From Acidobacteriota bacterium (GTDB lineage: Bacteria > Acidobacteriota > CAIWXX01), in NCBI GenBank assembly GCA_040755995.1, contig JBFMAF010000042.1, forward strand, positions 37,980-101,979: DNA of 64,000 nucleotides. Direction: 5' to 3'. The notes below the pieces were generated by a model. That model was not told the origin of the DNA and did not search any database. It saw only the letters and a list, made by a program, of their open reading frames with translations. Shown here one piece after another: positions 9,097-18,436 of the stretch. Each line of letters starts with the position of its first letter. The first letter of the stretch is position 1. Made by a program: the position numbers and the translations under genes.

Positions 9097-10116
9097 ATGA
9101 CGTCGCGCGAACGTTTTCTTGCCGCATGCTGGCGCCGGCCGGTCGACCGGCCGCCGGTATGGATGATGCGCCAGGCGGGGCGATATCTGCCGGAGTATCG
9201 CGAGATCAGGACGCGGCACTCGTTTGCGGAGATGTACAAGACGCCGGGGATTGCGGCCGAGGTGACTATGCAGCCGATGCGACGCTTCGGCATGGATGCG
9301 GCGATCATCTTCTCGGACATCCTGGTCGTTCCCGAGGCCATGGGCATGTCGGTCGAATACGAAGACGGGGGACCGTGCCTGTCGCCTCCGATCAGCACTC
9401 GCGAGAAGTTGGACGCATTGCGCGCGCCGCGCGTCGATATGGATCTTGGCTACGTTTTGGAGGCTTTGCGCCTGGTGCGTCGAGAGCTTGGGGAGAGCGC
9501 GGCGCTGCTGGGGTTCGCGGGCGCGCCGTTCACGCTGGCCACATACATGGTCGAAGGGCGCGGAAGTCGCGACCTCCTCTCGTGCAAGCGCCTGTGGCAG
9601 GCAGATCCCGGTCTGGTGTCGGAGTTGCTCGAACGTCTGGCCGCGGCTGTAACAGAATTCCTCAGGCTGCAGATCGCCGCAGGAGCCGATGCGGTGCAGA
9701 TATTCGACACCTGGGCCGGCGGCCTCTCGCCCGAAGACTATGATGAGATCGCGCTCCCATACACGCGCTCGATCGTCGATCGATTGAAGCCGCTTGGTGT
9801 CCCCGTCATCGTCTACGTCAACGGCATCTCTGGGATTTGTGAAAAAGTGCGGGCGACCGGGGCCACGGTGATCGGGATCGACTGGAGGCTCTCCCTGCGC
9901 GATGCCCACGCAAGAACCGGCACCTCTCTTCAGGGCAACCTGGATCCTGCGGCGCTCTTCGACAAGCCGGAACGCATCCGGCAGCGTGTGCGCGACATTC
10001 ATGCCTCGCTGAATCTGCCGACCGGGCACATCTTCAACCTGGGCCACGGCATCCATCAGTCGACTCCCGTCGAAGGAGCCCGCGCGTTCGTGGACGCCGT
10101 GAAAGAGCTCGGCTGA
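9097..10116 (+). CDS. hemE: Uroporphyrinogen decarboxylase
   Basis: PVWMMRQAGRYLPEY, DAAIIFSDIL, LQGNLDP and HIFNLGHGI motifs. Confidence 0.95.
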   Translation: MTSRERFLAACWRRPVDRPPVWMMRQAGRYLPEYREIRTRHSFAEMYKTPGIAAEVTMQPMRRFGMDAAIIFSDILVVPEAMGMSVEYEDGGPCLSPPISTREKLDALRAPRVDMDLGYVLEALRLVRRELGESAALLGFAGAPFTLATYMVEGRGSRDLLSCKRLWQADPGLVSELLERLAAAVTEFLRLQIAAGADAVQIFDTWAGGLSPEDYDEIALPYTRSIVDRLKPLGVPVIVYVNGISGICEKVRATGATVIGIDWRLSLRDAHARTGTSLQGNLDPAALFDKPERIRQRVRDIHASLNLPTGHIFNLGHGIHQSTPVEGARAFVDAVKELG

Positions 10117-10138
10117 TGGACTGCGTGCTGGGTATCCG

Positions 10139-11551
10139 ATGACAGAATCGGCCACGCCGCTTTCCGGCTTTCCGAATCCCGAGGACGTGCCTCCGCAACT
10201 CGTCGCAAAGTATGCGACGCGCGGTCCGCGATATACCAGCTATCCTACGGCACCACAGTTTCAGAAGAACGTCGACCAGGGCGCCATGGCGGCTCGATGG
10301 CAACGCGGCAACGGCGGGAATCCGAAGAACCTCTCGCTCTATTTCCATATCCCGTTCTGCCGGAGCCGGTGCTGGTTCTGCGGATGCCACGTCGTCATCA
10401 AGCGGGATCCTGCCGTTGCGGATCCGTACGTTGCGGCTTTGATCGAGGAGATGAGGCTGGCTGGGCAGTTGATCGATTCGCAGCGCCCCGTGCGGCAAAT
10501 CGCGTACGGCGGCGGAACGCCGACGTTCCTGACGCCGGACCAGCTCGAGCGGCTCCTCTCATCAGTTGCGCGGCAGTGGACGATCGCGGCGGATGCCGAG
10601 GTGTCGATCGAGGTCGACCCGCGCACCGTTACACCTGCTCACATCGGCGCTCTTGTCGCGCACGGGGTCAACCGGTTCAGCCTCGGCGTGCAGGATTTCG
10701 ATGAGCAGATTCTGGCGATGCTCCACCGCCCGCAGAGCCGCGATACGACCCAGCGTGTCGTGGCGCAGTTGCGCAGTCACGGCTGCAACGCGATCAACTT
10801 CGACCTGATCTACGGGCTCCCGGGCCAGACCGCGGAGACATCCGCGCGGACGGTGGAAGCCACGATCGAGATGCGGCCGTCGCGGATCGCTTTCTACCAC
10901 TACGCCCATGTGCCGTGGCTGAAGCCGCATCAGAAGCTGGTCGAGAGACGGGGACTCCCGGACTCGGCTCTCAAGCTGCGTATCTTCGGCCAGGCCTACC
11001 GCATGCTCACGGCTGCCGGCTATGTCTCGGTCGGCATGGACCATTTCGCGCTCCGAGAGGACGAGATGACTCGGGCGCTGCAGGACCGGACACTTCATCG
11101 CAACTTCATGGGTTACACCACGCGCCGCGGGCTCGACCAGCTCGCCTTCGGGGTCTCAGGCATCAGCTCGGTCTCGGCCACTTATGCGCAGAACGTGAAG
11201 GAGCTCGCGGCCTACTACGAAGCAATCGGCTGCGGCCGTCTCCCCTGGGAGCTTGGGTTTCTGATGAGCGAGGACGACTGCGTCCGGCGCGAACTGATCA
11301 TCGACCTCTTCTGCAATTTCTACCTGGATACCGCGGCCTTCGGCCGCCGGTGGAACCTGGACTTCGGTCGCGCCTTCGAGAGCGAGCTCGCGTCACTGCG
11401 GACATTCCAGGATGATGGGCTGGTGGACTTGTCCGGCGATGCGATCGAGGTCACGCCTGTCGGGCGCTATTTCATTCGCAACATTTGCATGGTGTTCGAC
11501 AAATACCTCGAGGCCGAGTCTGGCACCCGGACGTATTCGCAGACTCTGTAG
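10139..11551 (+). CDS. hemN: Oxygen-independent coproporphyrinogen III oxidase (radical SAM)
   Basis: GPRYTSYPTA, YFHIPFCRSRCWFCGC, GGGTP and LHRNFMGY motifs. Confidence 0.95.
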   Translation: MTESATPLSGFPNPEDVPPQLVAKYATRGPRYTSYPTAPQFQKNVDQGAMAARWQRGNGGNPKNLSLYFHIPFCRSRCWFCGCHVVIKRDPAVADPYVAALIEEMRLAGQLIDSQRPVRQIAYGGGTPTFLTPDQLERLLSSVARQWTIAADAEVSIEVDPRTVTPAHIGALVAHGVNRFSLGVQDFDEQILAMLHRPQSRDTTQRVVAQLRSHGCNAINFDLIYGLPGQTAETSARTVEATIEMRPSRIAFYHYAHVPWLKPHQKLVERRGLPDSALKLRIFGQAYRMLTAAGYVSVGMDHFALREDEMTRALQDRTLHRNFMGYTTRRGLDQLAFGVSGISSVSATYAQNVKELAAYYEAIGCGRLPWELGFLMSEDDCVRRELIIDLFCNFYLDTAAFGRRWNLDFGRAFESELASLRTFQDDGLVDLSGDAIEVTPVGRYFIRNICMVFDKYLEAESGTRTYSQTL

Positions 11552-11695
11552 TAGGACGTCCCGCAGGCAGCCGGGGAGCCCGGGTGCCGGCGGGAGGCAC
11601 CGTGCAGTCACGGGAGAGTTGTGGAGGCAGCTGCGAGCGGCGCGATCTCGTGATATCCTTAGCTGCAGGGTAGAGGGAATGCGAAGGAGTCAGGT

Positions 11696-12139
11696 TTGGA
11701 CACGATAGCGACGTTGCTAAGAGACAAGGGTGGCGTAGTACACACCGTGCCGCTCAGCTCGACTGTGCACGAGGCGGTCGAGAAGATGTGTGCGCTCAGG
11801 GTGGGGGCGCTGCTGGTAGCGGACGAGGATGGGAAGGTGGTGGGGATCTTCAGCGAGCGAGACGTGATGGCTCGGATCATCCTTCAAGATCGCAATCCCT
11901 CCACTACGCGGCTCGAAGAGGTCCTCACTCGGAACGTGATCTGCGTAGTGCCGGAAACGAGGGCCGAAGAGGCCATGGCCATCATGACCGAGAAGAGGGT
12001 CCGCCACCTGCCAGTCGTGAGCGGTGGCAAGGTGGTTGGTCTGGTGTCGATCGGAGACCTGGTGCGTTGGGAGAGCCTGAACCGGAAGTTCGAGATCCGG
12101 ATGCTGACCGACTACATCTCGGGCAGGTACCCTGCGTAA
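11696..12139 (+). CDS. CBS-domain pair protein
   Basis: VGALLV...GIFSERD and MTEKRVRHLPVV...GLVSIGDLV. Confidence 0.9.
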   Translation: MDTIATLLRDKGGVVHTVPLSSTVHEAVEKMCALRVGALLVADEDGKVVGIFSERDVMARIILQDRNPSTTRLEEVLTRNVICVVPETRAEEAMAIMTEKRVRHLPVVSGGKVVGLVSIGDLVRWESLNRKFEIRMLTDYISGRYPA

Positions 12140-12231
12140 GCCGGCTCGTGTCGTCCCCGGGACCCCTTGAAAACGTGACTGCAGGTCTCGCAGCCTGGAC
12201 AGGGCCCAAGCCGTGAAGCCGTGCGCGTTTC

Positions 12232-12260
12232 TTGACAGGTCAAGGCACGGGGCGTATGCT
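12232..12260 (+). promoter_or_regulatory. Sigma70-type promoter of first OFOR operon
   Basis: TTGACA-17 bp-TATGCT. Confidence 0.7.
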
Positions 12261-12294
12261 TTCCTTTTGTTCCAATGATGGAGGCTACGGTTAT

Positions 12295-12555
12295 ATGGAA
12301 AAGACTGTAAAAGAGAAAAAGCCTAAGGGGACTGTTCATATCAAGAAGGAGATGTGCAAGGGGTGCAATTTCTGCATCGAGTTCTGTCCGACCGACGTCC
12401 TCGCGTTCAGCCAGGATTTCAATGCCAAGGGCTATCATTATCCAGTCGTGGTGAGTGCGGAGGACTGTTCCGGATGCGATCTCTGTGGTCTTTATTGCCC
12501 GGATTTCGCGATCCACGGTCTCCCGATCAAGGACCGGCAGGAAGGCGCCAAGTAA
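12295..12555 (+). CDS. 2-oxoacid:ferredoxin oxidoreductase delta subunit (2x[4Fe-4S])
   Basis: CKGCNFCIEFCP and CSGCDLCGLYCPDFAI. Confidence 0.9.
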   Translation: MEKTVKEKKPKGTVHIKKEMCKGCNFCIEFCPTDVLAFSQDFNAKGYHYPVVVSAEDCSGCDLCGLYCPDFAIHGLPIKDRQEGAK

Positions 12556-12565
12556 GGAGGGACAG

Positions 12566-13723
12566 GTGAAAGCAGATCCTAAAGGCGTAATGACAGGCGT
12601 TCATTTCCTGGACGGTGACCATGCCTGCTGCGAGGGGGCTCTCACAGCGGGGTGCAGGTTCATCGCGGGGTATCCGATCACACCGTCGACGGAGGTGGTG
12701 GAGCGATTTGCGCAACGCATCCCGCTCATCGGCGGTCTCTTCATACAGATGGAGGATGAGATCGCGAGCTCGATAGCGATCCAGGGCGCCGTGTGGGCGG
12801 GCAAGAAGGCCATGACCGTGACGAGCGGCCCAGGGCTGTCGCTCATGATGGAGCACATCGGCCTTGCTGTCATGCTCGAGACGCCGTGCGTCTTCGTAGA
12901 CGTGCAGCGCGGCGGACCGTCGACCGGGCTTCCGACGCTGCCTGGACAGGCCGACATGATGCAGGTCCGGTGGGGGTCACACGGAGACTACCAGATCATC
13001 GCAGTCTGCCCCAACTCGCCGCAGGAGGCGTTCGACCTGACCATCAAGGCGTTCAACCTCTCGGAGAAGTGGCGGGTCCCGGTGTTCGTGATGCTGGACG
13101 AGTGCATCGGGCACATGCTGGAACGCGTCGAGATTCCACCGGCTGACCGGATAGAGATCGAACCGAGGAGATTCACGAGCCTGCCTCCGGGCCAGTACCT
13201 CCCGTACAAGCCCGGCGAGGACATGGTCCCCGAGATGGTCAAGGCAGGGGAAGGACACCGATTCCACGTGACGGGGCTGACACACGACGAACGCGGCTAT
13301 CCTGCGATGAACGTGGCGGCGCAGGCGAAACTGGTACACCGCCTCATCGACAAGGTTCGCAAGAACGCGCACCTGATCCATGACTACGAGGAGGACCAGG
13401 TCGACGGCGCCGACATCGTCGTCATTTCCTACGGCGTGACGTCTCGCGTGGCGCTGCCGGCGATCGCGCGCGCGCGGAAAGAGGGGCTCAGGGTGGGCCA
13501 TGTGAGACTGCGCGTGGTATGGCCATTCATCGATCAGCGAGTCGACGAGCTCGCCGGGAAGGTCAAGGCCTTCGTAGTGCCCGAGATGAACTGCGGGCAA
13601 GTGGCGCTCGAGGTCGAGCGATGCGCGCACGGGAAGGCCGCGACGCTGCTCGTTCCCCACGCGGGTGGCGCCGTTCACAAGCCGGATGACATATACGCGA
13701 AGATCAGGGAGGCACTGCGATGA
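12566..13723 (+). CDS. 2-oxoacid:acceptor oxidoreductase alpha subunit (KorA-like)
   Basis: GYPITPS, QMEDEIAS, TSGPG and QRGGPSTGLPT motifs; GTG after AAGGAGG. Confidence 0.9.
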   Translation: MKADPKGVMTGVHFLDGDHACCEGALTAGCRFIAGYPITPSTEVVERFAQRIPLIGGLFIQMEDEIASSIAIQGAVWAGKKAMTVTSGPGLSLMMEHIGLAVMLETPCVFVDVQRGGPSTGLPTLPGQADMMQVRWGSHGDYQIIAVCPNSPQEAFDLTIKAFNLSEKWRVPVFVMLDECIGHMLERVEIPPADRIEIEPRRFTSLPPGQYLPYKPGEDMVPEMVKAGEGHRFHVTGLTHDERGYPAMNVAAQAKLVHRLIDKVRKNAHLIHDYEEDQVDGADIVVISYGVTSRVALPAIARARKEGLRVGHVRLRVVWPFIDQRVDELAGKVKAFVVPEMNCGQVALEVERCAHGKAATLLVPHAGGAVHKPDDIYAKIREALR

Positions 13724-14583
13724 CAGTTGCGGAATGCGCCGTTACGGAAAACCCAGTATACGAATTCCTGCGACAGGACCGGCTGCCGCACATCTGGTGC
13801 CCCGGGTGCGGCATAGGGACCACGGTGAACTGCTTTTCGCGAGCGCTGCTCAAGAGCAATCTCGACCTGAACAAGGTCGCGATCGTCAGCGGTATCGGGT
13901 GCACAGGTCGCGTCGCGGGCTACATGAACCTCGATTCCTTCCACACCACCCACGGCCGGGCCATTCCGTTCGCGGTCGGCCTGAAGCTCGGCAATCCGGA
14001 TCTGAAAGTGATTGTGTACTCGGGGGACGGCGACATCAGCGCGATCGGCGGGAATCACTTCATCCACGCGGCCAAGCGTAACATCGACATCACGGTCATC
14101 TGCGTGAACAACTTCAACTACGGGATGACCGGAGGCCAGGCGGCCCCCACATCGCCCACGGGCGCGATACTCTCGACGACCCCTTACGGCAACTTTGAAG
14201 AGCCGTTCAACCTGCCATACCTCGCCGAAGCCTGCGGCGCTGTCTACGTGGCCCGATGGACGGCCTATCACGTCAGCCACCTGGCGCGGTCGATGCGCGA
14301 AGCGCTGCAGAAGAAGGGATTCAGCTTCGTCGAGATCATCACCCCATGCCCGACTCTGTACAGCCGCCGCAACAAGCTGGGTGACGGCATCGACGAGATG
14401 AAGTACTACAAGGAGAAGAGCCGGCGCGATGACAAGGCCAACCTGCGCGAGATCTCCATCCAGTTTCACGGAGAGATCGTCATCGGCAAGTTCGTGGACC
14501 GCGAGAAGCCGACCTACCTGGACGCGATGAATGCCTTCTACTCGAAGAAATTCGGCGACAGGTTCGTTCCGTACGCCGGGTAG
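13720..14583 (+). CDS. 2-oxoacid:ferredoxin oxidoreductase beta subunit (TPP-binding)
   Basis: WCPGCG, SGIGC, HGRA and GDGD...NNFNYGMTGGQ motifs. Confidence 0.9.
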   Translation: MTVAECAVTENPVYEFLRQDRLPHIWCPGCGIGTTVNCFSRALLKSNLDLNKVAIVSGIGCTGRVAGYMNLDSFHTTHGRAIPFAVGLKLGNPDLKVIVYSGDGDISAIGGNHFIHAAKRNIDITVICVNNFNYGMTGGQAAPTSPTGAILSTTPYGNFEEPFNLPYLAEACGAVYVARWTAYHVSHLARSMREALQKKGFSFVEIITPCPTLYSRRNKLGDGIDEMKYYKEKSRRDDKANLREISIQFHGEIVIGKFVDREKPTYLDAMNAFYSKKFGDRFVPYAG

Positions 14584-14608
14584 ATGCGGGAGCGGAGGGA
14601 GGTAGAAC

Positions 14609-15160
14609 ATGGAGAGAATGGAGCTTAAGTTCGGAGGGCTCGGCGGCCAGGGTGTGATCATGAGCGGGCTCATCGTGGGCAAGGCCGCCGCCATATACGA
14701 CAACAAGCACGCGACGATGATTCAGAGCTTCGGCCCCGAGGCGCGAGGCAGCTCGTGCAGCTCGCAGGTCATCGTGTCGGATTCCCCGATCGATTACCCA
14801 TACATCACGCAGCCGGACGTGCTGGTGGTGATGTCGCAGGATGCGTACCAGCGATTCGCGCCGGAGTTGAAACCAGGCGGGCTGCTGCTGAGTGAGGCGG
14901 AGCTGGTCCAGGCCAAGGACGCGGCACCGGGCCTTCGGCACTTCAGCATCCCGGCGACACGGTTCGCCGAGGAGCTCGGCAGGCGCCTGGTTCTGAACAT
15001 CGTGATGGTGGGATTCTTCACCGCGCTGTCCGGAACGGTGAGCCAGCAAGCAGCCGAGAAGGCAGTCGTGGATTCCGTTCCGCGCGGGACCGAGGACCTG
15101 AACCTGCGTGCCTTCCGAAGGGGGCTCGAGTACGGGCTGAGCCTGCTGAAGGCCTCGTAG
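14609..15160 (+). CDS. 2-oxoacid:acceptor oxidoreductase gamma subunit
   Basis: GLGGQG and SFGPEARG motifs. Confidence 0.9.
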   Translation: MERMELKFGGLGGQGVIMSGLIVGKAAAIYDNKHATMIQSFGPEARGSSCSSQVIVSDSPIDYPYITQPDVLVVMSQDAYQRFAPELKPGGLLLSEAELVQAKDAAPGLRHFSIPATRFAEELGRRLVLNIVMVGFFTALSGTVSQQAAEKAVVDSVPRGTEDLNLRAFRRGLEYGLSLLKAS

Positions 15161-15353
15161 GACAGGTGCCCGATCTCGCTCCGGCAGCGGGCCCCGCGAC
15201 CTGGGAATCTCGGCTGGGCGCCAAAGCCAAGAGAATACAACTTATGTGCGATCTAGACCGCCGGCTAGCCGCACTCGGGGCATTGGTTTACGTCTTGTGG
15301 GAAATGAAGAAGGTGGAGTGGGTGAACCCGCACCCAGATGTTGGGTTCATGTT

Positions 15354-15689
15354 TTGAAACGCAAGGCGGTCGGCGCGCTCTCCGTAGTCGGGGCAGTCTG
15401 CCTCGCGCTTTCTGCAGCGGTCACCCACGACTGGTTCATCTACCGGCAACTCAGGCAGGGAATGAGCGAGGCCGATGTTCATGCTATACTCGGGCCCCCT
15501 GACGAACGCCTGGAAACGCCAGCCATTCCCTCGGTGCTGATGCCGCAATCCCCTACCTGTCCTCCCACTCGCGTCAGGATCTGTCTGGTGTATCGACGCA
15601 GGCTGCTATCTGACATCTTGATCTGGCTTGACAGCAAGGGAACGGTGATCTGCACCGACCGTCAGTGGTGGTTGGAAGACATCTCGTGA
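15354..15689 (+). CDS. Hypothetical exported protein (BamE/SmpA-like motif); start uncertain
   Basis: Signal-like N-terminus; LRQGMSEADVHAILGPPD. Confidence 0.45.
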   Translation: MKRKAVGALSVVGAVCLALSAAVTHDWFIYRQLRQGMSEADVHAILGPPDERLETPAIPSVLMPQSPTCPPTRVRICLVYRRRLLSDILIWLDSKGTVICTDRQWWLEDIS

Positions 15690-15905
15690 AGTGAATTGGC
15701 GCAGCTCTGTCTCTCGCCGTTGCGCTTTCAATGTTCAGTTCGATTTGCGGCTAGTAGTTGAACGTGGGCAGAAGAAAAGACAGTCGCCGGATGTCAACGA
15801 GCGCCGGGGTGCCCGGGGCATTCTTGTTGATTTCCTGCCGGCGATGTCCGATACTCGGAGTGCACGCGTTGGTCCCAGTCGCGTTTGCCGCTGGGAGGTG
15901 CCAAT

Positions 15906-16295
15906 ATGAGACAGTACGATCCGGAGGTCGCCCCCGACCCGGGTGAGTGGCTCGCGCTCGATGAAGGGGACCGGATTCATCAGGCTGGAGCGTATCACCG
16001 GGACGCAGGCATCGACCTCCCTAACACGAAGGTACATGCTGCGATTCATACCATCGTGGAGAATCAGATTGCAGAGGGACTTGATTGCACTGTTCGCGCA
16101 ATGGCTCGTCTCATGAAGGAGGGCCTGTCACGCCACGATGCCCTCCATGCGATCGGCTGTGTTGTGACCGAGCACATGCACAAAGCGCTGCGCGCCAAGG
16201 ACGAGGGCCGCGCCAAGAGCCTCCTCCGGGAGCGCATCGAGGCTGAAGTCGATCGGCTGACCGCCAGGAGGTGGCGACGGCGGTATGGTTCCTGA
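15906..16295 (+). CDS. Conserved hypothetical protein (DUF1841-like)
   Basis: YDPEVAPDPGEWLALDE...HAAIHTIVENQIA...SRHDALHAIG; GGAGG RBS. Confidence 0.6.
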   Translation: MRQYDPEVAPDPGEWLALDEGDRIHQAGAYHRDAGIDLPNTKVHAAIHTIVENQIAEGLDCTVRAMARLMKEGLSRHDALHAIGCVVTEHMHKALRAKDEGRAKSLLRERIEAEVDRLTARRWRRRYGS

Positions 16296-16309
16296 CTACA
16301 TAGCGGCAC

Positions 16310-17449
16310 ATGCCCGTCGAGCGAGCCATCAGTAGAGACTGGCTGCGCAGCCAAGTCCGCATCACCTGGCACCTGCCCGCTGTGCTGGGATGCCTGGCGC
16401 TGGGTCTGCTCCTTGCGGTCAATTGGAACTGGCTCACTTCATCGCGGCCCGCCGTCTGTCGTCTGGCTGGATCCCACTTCGAGATGGGCCTGATGCAGGG
16501 ACGCGCATTCAGACAGGAGATCGGGCGCCTCTTCGCTGACTACATCATTGGTGGATTGGTCCAGACCGAGGGGTGGCAGCTGGAAGACCTGATCGAAGTC
16601 GGACGTCACTACGAGGCTTTCATCCCTTCCTCCTACCGTGAGGAGATGCGCGGCATCGCCGAGGGTTCGGGGATTCCGTACGATCACATTCTGGTCATGA
16701 ACACCTTCCCAGACGCAGTCCTCGGGGCCACACCGCGCGCGTGTTCGGCATTTGCAGTCCGCACGACGAGAGGGCTTCTGGTGGCCCGCAACCTCGACTG
16801 GACCAACTACGGCGTGGCCCATCGCTACGGGATCGTACAGCTCCTGCAACCCCGCGACGGTCACCGGGTACTCAACATCGGTTGGCCCGGAATGGTCGGA
16901 GTGGTCACAGGAATGAACGATCAGGGCCTGGTGATCACCCTCAACATGGCCTATGCGATCGACCTCGATACGAAGACAACACCCCTTCTCATCCGTCTTC
17001 GTGAAGTCCTCGAACGGCAAACGAGCATCCAGGAAGCCGTAGACTCTCTGACACGCCAGCCACGGACCTTCGCCGCCAACGTCCTGATCGCGAGCTCGAA
17101 TGAGAACAACGCCGTCGTCCTCGAACTGTCAGGCAAACGCCACGCGATTGTCGAGATGCGAGAGCGCATCGTGGTCACCACCAACTTCTTCCAGGCGCTC
17201 GACATCAGAGGCGGCACCGGCGGGGACCGCAGCGATATTCTCACAGAGGTCTTACGGCGCACAGCGGATTACACCACCCTCAGAGACGCCCGTGGAGCGT
17301 TGTCCAAGGTGTGCTTCCGAGGCTCGTCTCTCGGAATGGCAACCGTACAAAGCGCGGTCTTCGAACCTCGCAGGCTGTTGGCCCACGTGGCTACCGGCAA
17401 GCTCCCGGCTTCGTCCGGCAGGTACTATGAGATCCGCCTCTCGCCGTGA
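16310..17449 (+). CDS. Peptidase C45 / Ntn-hydrolase family
   Basis: EEMRGIAEG, nucleophile CSAFA, RNLDW, TGMNDQGL and TTN motifs. Confidence 0.85.
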   Translation: MPVERAISRDWLRSQVRITWHLPAVLGCLALGLLLAVNWNWLTSSRPAVCRLAGSHFEMGLMQGRAFRQEIGRLFADYIIGGLVQTEGWQLEDLIEVGRHYEAFIPSSYREEMRGIAEGSGIPYDHILVMNTFPDAVLGATPRACSAFAVRTTRGLLVARNLDWTNYGVAHRYGIVQLLQPRDGHRVLNIGWPGMVGVVTGMNDQGLVITLNMAYAIDLDTKTTPLLIRLREVLERQTSIQEAVDSLTRQPRTFAANVLIASSNENNAVVLELSGKRHAIVEMRERIVVTTNFFQALDIRGGTGGDRSDILTEVLRRTADYTTLRDARGALSKVCFRGSSLGMATVQSAVFEPRRLLAHVATGKLPASSGRYYEIRLSP

Positions 17450-17481
17450 CCTATCGTCCGGTGGCGCGCGGGCCAAGAATT

Positions 17482-17539
17482 CTACTGCTTCCTACTGCTT
17501 CAGTAGGAGTTGCATTGATCGACCGGGTCGGGCTAGAAT
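17482..17539 (+). promoter_or_regulatory. Putative operator plus promoter of the TSUP/two-component locus
   Basis: Tandem CTACTGCTTC x2 merged with inverted repeat TCCTACTG-ctt-CAGTAGGA, directly upstream of TTGCAT-18 bp-TAGAAT. Confidence 0.5.
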
Positions 17540-17651
17540 ACGCCCCGATATCGATTCATGTTCGATGATGCTTAGGATGAAACTGCACCGTCCGGGTCGC
17601 TCCACGCCCCCTGCCTGGATCTCCGAGCTGCAGCCACCGCCGTGAGACACA

Positions 17652-18062
17652 ATGGAGCCGATCCGCGTGCTTGTGGTCGACGACGAGGTGGATTTCGCGT
17701 CGGCGCTCACGGAAAGACTCCGCCGCCGCGGCTACTCGGCCGACGCGGCGTTCTCGGGCGCGGAAGCTCTGGAGCATGCGCGGAAAGCTGAGTACGATGC
17801 GATTCTGCTCGACCTGAAGATGCCCGGTATGGACGGCCTCGAGACGATGCGCCAGCTGCGCAAGATCGATCCGCACGCCCAGGTGGTTGTGCTGACGGGC
17901 CATGGCACCGTCGCCGCCGGCATCGAGGGTATGCAGATCGGCGCGGCTGATTTTCTGCAGAAGCCGGCGGACATCGGAATGCTCGCTACGGCTATTGACG
18001 CTGCGGCGGAGGCGACTCGGGAGCTTCGCGCCCGCACTGCGACGGAAGGAGGTGAATCATGA
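17652..18062 (+). CDS. Single-domain response regulator
   Basis: VLVVDDE, LLDLKMPGMDG, LTGHG and FLQKP; no output domain. Confidence 0.9.
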   Translation: MEPIRVLVVDDEVDFASALTERLRRRGYSADAAFSGAEALEHARKAEYDAILLDLKMPGMDGLETMRQLRKIDPHAQVVVLTGHGTVAAGIEGMQIGAADFLQKPADIGMLATAIDAAAEATRELRARTATEGGES

Positions 18063-18400
18063 TCCAAGACAGCGCTACTAAATCCCTATCCCCTGGGACC
18101 GGCGCACTCGCTTACCGGTTCTTTCGATGGCTTTGGGTTCTCGCAATCATCCTCTTATCCAATGAATGGCTCCTGGCTGGACCCAAACCGGCGAAGAAGC
18201 TGGTCAACGTCGCTGATACCCGTGCTCTGGAATCGGGTTTCACGAAATGGATCGCCGATCTCTACAACGCCAACCTGTGGCTTTACGGCCTGTTCGTCGT
18301 TGGCGTGATGGTTCTCATGGGTCTCGTGCTCGGATTCGGCTTCGACAGGGTCATCAAGTCACTGGGCATCGACCTGGGCAGGCTCGAGCACCATGAGTGA
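18059..18400 (+). CDS. DVU0150-family membrane protein
   Basis: VADTR motif, WIADLYN, TM helix, C-terminal GIDLGRLEHHE; lies next to a TSUP gene. Confidence 0.7.
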   Translation: MIQDSATKSLSPGTGALAYRFFRWLWVLAIILLSNEWLLAGPKPAKKLVNVADTRALESGFTKWIADLYNANLWLYGLFVVGVMVLMGLVLGFGFDRVIKSLGIDLGRLEHHE

Positions 18401-18436
18401 TCCGCGGTTCCATTTCAGCTAGGAGGTCCTCAGGTC

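Noticed and set aside
15166..15765. Possible integron cassette: less GC-rich ORF flanked by GTTRRRY motifs (GTTGGGT about 15340, GTTGAAC about 15757)
   Set aside because: No matching RYYYAAC inverse cores with a convincing attC hairpin, and no integrase in the window.
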